Below are positions 53,101 through 64,000 of a stretch of DNA of 64,000 bases, one piece after another. The translations under genes and the position numbers were made by a program. The DNA lies in NCBI RefSeq assembly GCF_009914755.1, contig NC_060937.1. One strand, given 5' to 3'. Positions within the stretch are counted from its first letter, which is position 1. Every line of letters begins with the position of its first letter. The notes under the pieces were generated by a model. It was not told the DNA's origin, ran no database searches, and saw only the letters and a list, made by a program, of their open reading frames with translations. The stretch is from the human T2T-CHM13v2.0 reference genome, Homo sapiens.

Positions 53101-54421
53101 GTGTGTAGGTAGTCATCCCTCTTATTCCATTTAATGTTCTGCTTTGAAGGCCCTCCATTACCTCCTTATTTTCACCCAGCATGGTGGTGTGTCTCTCCTG
53201 ACCCACAAATAGGGTCAAGTAACTAGAGATCTGACACAAGGGTGCAATCCAATATGATGGTGATTTGAGGTTTGGAGCAGTACCCTCCATGATGGGAGAG
53301 TTCTATAAGATGGAGAACACCTCCAAAGCTCTTAGATCTGTTCCTTTCTGCTGAGGGCTTCACAGTTTCCTGACTACTCCTGCCTCCTCCTTGTGCCAAG
53401 TAGGATTCTCTCCTCCCCTGGCCCACTCTAGTGTGTATCATAGACAGAAAATCTGAGTTTCCTAGGCATTTGTCTGCTACTAACTAAGGGTGACAAGATA
53501 CTAACAAGAGGAAGCCTCCCTCTATAGTCTGTTTCTCTTTTTTCTGAAACAATTATAAAAGTGTGGAAATTTATCTATATGTGCTACAGCAAGAAGATTA
53601 AGAAACTGTGTCAAAAAACCACTCTGTGTTGGCATGAACACTCCTGAGAGTAAATCCCACTAATCTCCATCTCTTTCTCTGCCACTTTTTTGTGTCTGTG
53701 TGTGTTTGTGTGTCCATCTTTTATAACTCACATGTCATCAGTGGCTCTATCAATGGTTACTCCTACCAGTTCATTTGGATCAGGGCTAAAGGAAAAATAT
53801 GGTCAGATATGTATCTTGAAAGTAACTAACTTGTTTTTGATTTTACAAGGTCATAGATGGAAGGAACTTGCTTTGTCTCAGATGAGATTTGGGAATTTGA
53901 AGTTATGAGTTAATACTGAACAAGAGTCAAGACTTTGCAAGACTATTGCGAAGCCATGATTGTATTTTGCAATGTGAGAAGGACATGATATATGGGTGGG
54001 GAGGGGAATAACAATATGGTTTGGATCTGTGTCCTCACTCAAATCTCTTGTCATATTATAATCCCAAATGTTGGAGGCACAGCCTGGTGGGAGGTGATTG
54101 GATCATGGGGTGGATCCTTCATGACTGTTTTAGCACCATCTACTTGGTTCTGTTCTCATGATAGTGAGTGACATCTCCCAAGATCTGGTTGTTAAAAAGT
54201 GGGTAGCACCTCCTCTTTCCTTGCTCCTGCTCCCACCATGTGAGATAATTTATTCTCCCTTTGCCTTCCGCCAAGATTGAAAGCTTGTTGAGGCCACTCC
54301 AGAAACAGAAGCTGCTATGCTTCCTGTACAGCCTGAAGAACCGTGAGCCAATTAAACTTTTCTTTATAAGTTACCCAGTCTCAGATATTTCTTTATAGCA
54401 ATGTGAGAATAGACTAATACA
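50189..54421 (+). mobile_element. Two-LTR MSTA MaLR element (5' LTR 50189-50605, internal 50606-54011, 3' LTR 54012-54421)
   Basis: Both LTRs start (tg)atatggtttggatc-like and end ctaat(a/c)ca; internal starts gaaaattggtacc; 5-bp TSD agtac at 50184-50188 and 54422-54426. Confidence 0.92.
52170..53809. other. Unassigned 1.64-kb insertion within the MSTA internal region
   Basis: MaLR sequence stops at tgtatc (52164-52169) and resumes at tgtatc (53810-53815); the insert has a diverged ~1.1-kb direct repeat. Confidence 0.8.
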
Positions 54422-54693
54422 AGTACTATGTTAAATAGGAGTTAAAGTGAGCATTCTTGTCTTGTTCTAGATCTTGGAGGAAAAGCTTTCAGTTTTTCCC
54501 CATTCAGTGTTATACTGTTGGATATGACTTTTATTGTGTTGAGGTTTATTCCCTCAGTGCCCACTTTTTATTGTTTTTATGATAAAAGAATGTTAAATTT
54601 TATCAAATGTTTTTTCAGCACTTTTGAAATGGTCATATGGTTTTTGTCCTTCATTCTGTTGATAAGTTATATCACATTGATTGAATTGCATGT

Positions 54694-55112
54694 TGTATCA
54701 GGCCATTCTTGCATTGTCATGAAGAAATACCTGAGACTGGGTAATTTATAAAGAAAATAGATTTGATTGGATCACAGTTCTGTGGCTGTACAGGCAGTGT
54801 GGTGCTGGCATCTGCTTGGCTTCTGGGAGGCATCAGGAGCTGTTACTTATGGTGAAGCTTGAGCAAGCATATCATATAGTGAAAGCAATAGCAAAAGAGA
54901 TAGAGTGGGGTGAGAGGTGCCACACACTTTTAAACTGATAGATCTCATTTGAATGCAGAGCAAGCACTCACTTATTACCAAGGGGCTGGACCAAGCCATT
55001 CATGATGAATCCACTCCCATAATCCAAACACCTCCCACGAGGCCCCACCTCAAACATCGGGGATTGCATTTCACATGAAATTTGGGTGGGGACAAATATC
55101 TAATCCATATCA
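54694..55112 (-). mobile_element. MST (MSTB-like) solo LTR
   Basis: tgtatcaggccattcttgcattg...gagactgggtaatttataaag...gggacaaatatctaatccatatca; imperfect TSD catgt/catat. Confidence 0.88.
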
Positions 55113-56942
55113 CATATGTTAAACCATCCTTGCATTCCTGGCATGAATTCCACTTGGTCATAATGAATAAGCTTTATACCATGTTGTTGAATTAGGTTTG
55201 TTAATATTTTGTTGAAGATTTTTGTACCCATGTTTATCAGAGATATTGGCATATAGTTTTCTTTTTTTTGTTGTGCCTTTGGTTTTGGTATTAGGGAAAT
55301 ACTAGTCTCATAGGATGAGTTTGGAAGTACTCCCTCCTCCTCCATTTTTTGAAATAGTTTGAGTAGGGTTGGTATTAGTGCTTCTATAAATGTTTGGTAG
55401 AATTCAACAATGAAATCATCAGGTTCTTGGCTTTGATGGAATAATTTTATTATAGTTCCCATCTCATTAATTGTTATGTCTGTTCATACTTTGGGTTTCT
55501 CTGTGGTTTGATGTTAGTATGTTGTATGTGTCTAGGAGTTCATCTATTTCTTCAAGGTTTTTAAATTTATTGGCATATTATTGTTCACAGAATGAGTTTG
55601 GAAGTATTCCAAACAAAGTCTTTAATGATATCAAATTTCTGTGGTATCAATTGTATTGTCTTTTCTTTCCATGCCAGATTTTATATATTTGAGTCTTCTG
55701 TTTTTATTAGTTAATCTGGCTAGAGATTTGTTAGTTTTGTTTATTTTCTTAGAAAAACAACTTTCCTTTCATTGATCTTTTGTATTGTTTCCTTGTTTCA
55801 ATTTTCTTTCTACTCTGATCTTTGTTAACTTTTTTCTTCTACTAATTTTGAGTTTGGTTTGCTCTACATTTTTTTATTCTTTAAGATGCATTGTTGAGTT
55901 ATTTGAAGTTTTTCTACTTTTTTGATGTAATTGCTTATTGATATCAACTTTCCTCTTAGTGCTATTTTTGGTATATCTTTACCTAGGCTAAAGTCTGGAA
56001 GAGTCTTCTGAGTTTAGTCCATTTACATTCAATGTCATTATTGATAGGTTTAGGTATGTTGTGTTTTCATTTTCATTTATTTAAATAAATTTTTATGTTT
56101 AAAAAATTTCTTCATTGACCCATTGTTCTTTCTGGAGCATACTATTCAATTTATATGTGTTTGTATGGCTTCTAAAGTTCATCCTATTATTGATTTTTAC
56201 TATTATTTCATTGTAGTCAGAGAAGATACTTAACATGATTTCAATTTTTTGAGTTATTAAAATTTGTTTTGTGGCTTAACATGGTCTATTCTTGAGAATA
56301 ATTCAATTGCTGAGAAATAGAATGTCTAGGCTGCAGCTATTGGATGAAATGGTCTGTAAATATCTAGTAAGCCCACTTGGTATATAGGGCCGATTATGTC
56401 CAATATTTCTGTTTTGATTTTCTCTCTAGATTATTGGTCTAATGCTAAAAGTGGGGGTTAAAGTCCTCATTTATTGTATCTGGGTCTATCGCTCTCTTTA
56501 GCCTAATAATACTTACTTTATATATCTTGATGCTCCAGTGTTGGGTGCATATTTGTATAAGCTCCCTTTGTTGTTATATAATGCCCATTTTTGTCTCTTT
56601 TTAGGCTTTTTGTCTTGAAACCTGCTTTTTCTAAATATCACTACTCCTACTTGTTTTTGGTTTCTATTTGCATGAAATATCTTTTTCCATCTCTTAATTT
56701 TCAGTGCATGGGTCTTTGCAGATGAAGTCAGTTTCTTGTAGGCAGCATACAGTAGGGTCTTTTTTAAAAAAAATCCATTCAACCGCTCTATGTCCTTTTT
56801 AAAAATAAATTCAAAATGGATGTGTACAGGTATGCTTCATAGACATATTGCATAATGGTGTAGATTGGACTTCTAATGTATCTATCATCTAACAGGGAAC
56901 ATTGTACCTAATAAGTTATTTTGTAACCCTCATCCTTCTCTT

Positions 56943-57238
56943 TTTTTTTTTTTTTTTTGACAGAGTCTTGCTCTGTCGCCCAGGCTGGAGTGCAGTGGTG
57001 TGATCTCGGCTCACTGAAAGCTCTGCCTCCCAGGTTCATGCCATTCTCCTGCCTCAGCCTCCTGAGTAGCTGGGACTACAGGCACCTGCCAACATGCCAG
57101 GCTAATTTTTTTGTATTTTTAGTAGAGACAGGGTTTCACCATGTTATCCAGAATGGTCTCGATATCCTGACCTCGTGTTCCACCTGCCTTGGCCTCCCAA
57201 AGTGCTGGGATTACAAGCGTGAGCCACCACACCCGGCC
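56943..57238 (-). mobile_element. AluY
   Basis: aagctctgcctcccaggttcatgccattc and gtctcgatatcctgacctcgtg; 18-bp TSD aaccctcatccttctctt at 56925-56942 and 57239-57256. Confidence 0.95.
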
Positions 57239-57457
57239 AACCCTCATCCTTCTCTTATTTCCCCTTATAGAGTCCCCAGTGGCTATTATTTTCCTCTTTA
57301 AGCCCATGTGTACCTATTATATAGCTTCCACTTATAAGTGTGAACATTTATTTTTTCTGAGTCATTTCACTCAGGATAATGGCCGTCAGCTTCATCCATG
57401 TTGCTACAAATGACATGACATGATCTCATTCTCTGGTATGACTGCATAGTATTCCAT

Positions 57458-57662
57458 CATATATATATATATATATACACATATATATATACATATATAC
57501 ACACATATATATACATATATACACATATATATACATATATACATATATATACGTATATATATACACATATACACATATATACATATATATACACATATAT
57601 ACATACATACATATATATATATATACATATATATACATACATACATATATATATACATATAT

Positions 57663-57709
<47 letters not shown>

Positions 57710-57726
57710 TCATGGAATATATATAT
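57458..57726. repeat. ~270-bp (TA)n/(TACA)n compound microsatellite
   Basis: Long alternating purine-pyrimidine run. Confidence 0.95.
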
Positions 57727-58887
57727 TTCACATTTTCTTTGTCCAGTCATTCACTGGTAGGCATTTCTATTGATTCCATGACTTTGATCAGTGCTGCAAT
57801 AAACATACCATTGCAGGTGTCACTTTGATATAATTATTTCTTTTCCTTTGGGTGTATACCCAATATTGGGTATACAATTGCTAGACTGAATAATAGATCT
57901 AATTTTAGTTCTTTGAGAAATCTCCATACTGTTTTCAATAGAGGTTGTACTAATTTACATTCCCACCAACAGTGTACAAGCATTCCCTATTTTCTATGTT
58001 GTTGCCAAAATCTGTTGCTTTTTGTCTTTCTAATAATAGCAGTTCTTACTCATGTGAGATGGTATCTCATTGTGATTTTAATTTGTTTGTCTCTGATAAT
58101 GAGTGATGTTAATGTTGAGCATTTTTTCATGTTTGTTGGCCACTTGTATATCTTCTTTTAAGAAATGTCTGTTCATGCTCTTTGTCAATTTGTTTATGCT
58201 TTTTGTTTTTTTTTGTTGTTGTTGTTGAGTTGTTTGAGTTTCTTGTAGAAAATGGATATCAGTCATTCATAAGATGCATAGTTTGCAAATATTTTATCCG
58301 ATTCTGTATGTTGTCTCAAGTTTAAAATGATGACTGTATATTTAAAAACCTGCAGTACCAAGGAATTAACCATGCAATACGTTTGATAAAAGACTGCTAA
58401 TATTTCTACCTAGCACATCTGCTTCATTAGGGTGCCTGCAATGCAGGCTATATGCTCTGCAATTTGTGACTACTGGTCTAAATAATTGTTTCTTCTGTAT
58501 TTCAAATTGCAGTTGCAAACACAGTAACACTTTATCCTCTGTGCTTCTACAGGACTTTGACTTATACATTTTACCATGTGATACAGATACCAGTTGCCAT
58601 ATTTCTTTATCTCCAGGAAAATTGTTAGCCCCTGGAAGTACAACATTCTTATTTATCTCTGAATTCAAAGCTCAGTTCTTGTGTCATAGTAAACACTAAA
58701 CAAAATACTGACTTTTACTAATAATTATTTTGCATTCTTAATTCAATATAAAGGGGTTGTCCTATGAAAGGTTAAATACAGATCTAAGGATGAAGGGTTC
58801 CTAGGTAATTCTTGGAGGTAAAAGTCTTAGATATTTCCCCTCTGTCATTATTGCATTCTCAGCTTTCTACATAGAATATGCTGTGTG

Positions 58888-59277
58888 ACATATACACCAT
58901 GGAATACTATGCAGCCATAAAAAATGATGAGTTCATGTCCTTTGTTGAGACATGGATGAAATTGGAAATCATCATTCTCAGTAAACTATCGCAAGAACAA
59001 AAAACCAAACACTGCATATTCTCACTCATAGGTGGGAATTGAACAATGAGAGCACATGGATACAGGAAGGGGAATATCACTCTCTGGGGACTGTTGTGGG
59101 GTGGGGGGAGGGTGGAGGGATAGCATTGGGAGATATACCTAATGCTAGATGACGAGTTAGTGGGTGCAGCGCACCAGCATGGCACATGTATACATATGTA
59201 ACTAACCTGCACATTGTGCACATGTACCCTAAAACTTAAAGTATAATAATAATAAATAAATAAATTAAAACAAAAAA
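58888..59277 (+). mobile_element. L1PA2/L1PA3 3' end, 5'-truncated
   Basis: gcattgggagatatacctaatgctagatgacgagttagtgggtgcagcgcacc; A-rich tail; 15-bp TSD agaatatgctgtgYg at 58873-58887 and 59278-59292. Confidence 0.95.
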
Positions 59278-60149
59278 AGAATATGCTGTGCGAAGCTGTA
59301 GTTTACTTACTTTTTTATGAAGATGAACACATTTTAATCTACATATGTTCCATATATTCTAAGAACAGTGCACTGATTTATAGAATATTTGGTGTATAAA
59401 TGTAGTCTTATTTATTTACATATCTTATTTCTTACTTTTAATATCATTATGATATTTTGAAATCACTTCAAGTGAGTTATTGAGCAAAAAAGACTCACCT
59501 CAGTCTCATTCCTCAGAGTAAACCTGATCTATACTGTAAAAACCTAATGTATGTTACACAAAGACATCCAGATATTGTGGAAGCCATAATGACTTTCAAA
59601 GTCATTTAATTCTAAAATATTTAATCAAATTCACAGCAAAAAGTACTAACAATCATTTGGAAATGGAAAACTAAATGACATCTAATTTTACTGCAATATA
59701 TTTTATTACATAAAATTCCATTTTAAAGGAGTTTCAAGGGTTCTATGCATTTTATCTATTGGTAGAAATTTGTGTTAATGAATAAATATAAAAAGAATAT
59801 ATATATATGTACAAATCACAATAATTCTTATGGAAAATTATTCGGTTTTGCATTATTTCAAATGTTCTTGAATCAAGATACCAGCAAAGAGTCATCAAAC
59901 AGCTAGATAATCAGAAAGTAAAAAAAAAAAAAAAAAAAAGAAACAATGCATTAAAGACAAATGGCATAATAATGGAACCCAAAAAGCATCTTATCAGCAA
60001 CTCACATATGTGTGCCATCAGTAAACTGTTTCTTTTTACTTTTTACAACAATCTCATCAATCATGAATGCAAAACCCAATTCTTCCAGTAGACAATCTTC
60101 ACTTGTCTGTGAGAGTTAGATTATGCTGTTAAAGGAGTGCTTTGTTATT

Positions 60150-60687
60150 GATATTACAGGCTACATAGGTGGAAGAGTCTTGCCTTATCTCAGGTGAGAC
60201 TTTGGACTTGGACTTTTGGGTTAACGCTGAAATGAATTAAAATTTGGGGGAACTATTGAGAAGGCATAATTGTGTTTTGAAATGTGAGAAAGATGAGATT
60301 TGGGAGGTGTCAGGGGCAGAATGATGTATTCTGGCTTTGTGTCCCCACCCAAATTTCCTCATAAATTGTAATCCCCATGCGTTGGAGGAGGGACCTCCTG
60401 GGAGGTGATTAGATTATGGGGGAGGTTTCTCCATGCTGTTCTTGTGATAGTGAGTGAGTTCACATGAGATCTGATGGTTTTATAAGTGGCTTTCGATCAC
60501 TTTGCTCAGTACTTCTCTCTCCTGCTGTCATGTGAAGAAGGATGTGTTTGCTTCCCCTTCCATTATGATTGTAAGTTTTCTGAGGCCTCCCAGCCATGTA
60601 GAAGTGTGAGTCAATTAAATCTCTTTTCTTTATAAAGTACCTAGTCTTGGGTATTTCTTCACAGCATCGTGAAAACAAACTAATACA
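60150..60687 (+). mobile_element. THE1 (C/D-like) internal 3' end plus LTR (60322-60687)
   Basis: tgagactttggacttggacttttgggttaa...ggggcagaa followed by an LTR ending aaactaataca. Confidence 0.88.
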
Positions 60688-60999
60688 GTTCTGCTGGGTT
60701 CTAGACAATGGCAATAGCAAAAGCACAGGCTCTGTGGTAAGAAGGATTGCACATTGCATTACCTAAAAGACCATTGTGGCCTGAGGTGAGAGGCTGGGAG
60801 TTATATTGTAGAGTAAGAGGCAAATAATTCCCAGTGTACGATGAATACTGTGACAGTTCCCAAATATATCTGAAGCTTATTTTTATAGATCTTATCAAAG
60901 TTTGTACAATAAGAAGTAAAGTTTTAACAGAAAACATGCAATCTTGTCCTGAAAAAACATGTGCTAGGGTTTGGGTCAACCAGAGTTTTGAAAAGTGAG

Positions 61000-62772
<1,773 letters not shown>

Positions 62773-63922
62773 TCAAATTAGTTTTTTAAAAAAATGTTTT
62801 GGAAATTCCTCACATTCAGGAATAATTTTTCATGTGGTGGGAAATCCTAATTAAACACAATTATAACTACTAAAATTATGGAAACACCAATATGTGATTA
62901 TTTTGGTGGAGATAATTAGTGTCTTTTTTCCTGCCATTTTCATTAATGGAATCTCCTGGTTGCTTTAATATTGTGGGTGATTATTATTTACTATGGTTCA
63001 TATTATGTGTTTATTAAGAAAAAAATTATGTCTATATTTTTCTATTGATTTGTTCATCATTTTTGTCAGTTATTAAATAAATATTGAATCTTTTTCTTTT
63101 TCTACTCTCTGTAAACAATGAAAAAATATTTTATTTTGAGAAAGACCTTTAATTATTTCATTTTTTATACTCCATACAGTTTGTCTAGCATCTGCCTAAG
63201 AGTGAATGGTATACTAACAGGGTCTCATTCCAGATGGTTATACTAAGTATTACTGAATACTGAAGCTTAATACTGAATACTGAATCTTAATTTTCTATGC
63301 TAGTAGAACTAAATTGTGTTTCCAATATTGGACTACCGACTATGAGAGATCTTCAATTTAATATCTAGATCACAGATCATAATAAAAATGTAATTTTCTA
63401 CAATAAATTGCCCTCCTCCTCTCTACCTCTATGAGCATCTGTTGCCTTGAAGGAATTACATTAAGCCATAGCTTGGATTTTCAGTTCAGGTTTGCTGCGT
63501 ACAATTTGCACTGCTCTGAACAGCTGGCTATTACTTTTGCTTTCCCATTTCACTCACAGTTGAAATGATTTACCACCTGTGGATGCATCCTGTTTCTTCT
63601 GTGTTCATTTGTTAGGTTAATTAAATTTTACTCTTTCTAGTTTTTTAATACAAGCCTTACAGTTATTTCAACTATAAACAGCTAAAGAGTATGTACTGTT
63701 TTACTAAAAACAACTGTTTTGAGAAGTCTGCCAATTAAGTGTGTGAATTTTTCAAAACAGCAAACTATTTTCCCCAGATAACAAAACATATATCAAAGTT
63801 CAAATTATTTCATAGATGATTTGGTTTTGATTACAGAACATCTAAACTATAAATAAACCATCGTTTTTGGTCAGAAAACAATCTTCTATGTCTTCATAAT
63901 TTTCCTTTTCCTCACAAAAATT

Positions 63923-63973
63923 CCTGCTTTCCTAACCCTCTTTCCTAACCCTGCTTTCCTAACCCTGCTTTCC
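63923..63973. repeat. 14-bp minisatellite (cctgctttcctaac), ~3.7 copies
   Basis: cctgctttcctaac cctctttcctaac cctgctttcctaac cctgctttcc. Confidence 0.85.
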
Positions 63974-64000
63974 TCAAATAAATTTGAGGAAGCTCAAATT

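Larger units (their letters stand above)
47885..56800 (-). mobile_element. L1MA2/3-like LINE-1 (3'UTR to ORF2 start), interrupted by an MSTA element and an MST LTR
   Basis: L1MA 3' end at 47885; ORF2 peptides [16 protein letters not shown] (49574-49777), EFYQTF...[21 protein letters not shown] (55100-55462) and WKKIFHANRNQKQVGV (56513-56782). Confidence 0.9.
56801..58316 (-). mobile_element. L1PB-like 3' end with nested AluY and microsatellite
   Basis: catattgcataatggtgtagattggacttcta...ttccacttataagtg...tttacattcccaccaacagtgta. Confidence 0.8.

Noticed and set aside
52780-53270. miRNA or snoRNA within the unassigned insert
   Set aside because: No convincing hairpin or terminal-stem C/D box pair was seen, and no match to miRNAs I recall.
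57404-57750. Tyr/Ile/Cys-rich ORFs (also 14376-14614)
   Set aside because: Translations of TA/CA microsatellites.

Overview
AT-rich, CpG-depleted primate (probably human) genomic DNA, mostly interspersed repeats. No host protein-coding gene, RNA gene or CpG island can be supported; the ORF track reflects L1 ORF2, ERV env/pol, Alu and microsatellite translations or chance ORFs. It holds old L1s (L1MA/L1M/L1PB), two younger L1PA 3' ends, eight Alu elements, DNA transposon relics, many LTRs and four ERV/MaLR proviral remnants. These are an ERVL 3' end (1-3.4 kb), a very decayed minus-strand ERVL-class gag-pro-pol missed by the ORF track (16.4-21.4 kb), a 5'-truncated HERV-IP10 with an AP-1-repeat LTR10F (34.7-39.6 kb), and a two-LTR MSTA element (50.2-54.4 kb). 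Structures the repeats do not explain: a 1.64-kb unassigned insert with a 6-bp direct repeat and ~1.1-kb internal periodicity inside MSTA, an A-B'-A'-B interlocked inverted duplication at 31.3-31.6 kb, and several template-switch or templated-insertion scars. Family names come from recalled consensus sequences, not a database search. I found no new gene system.
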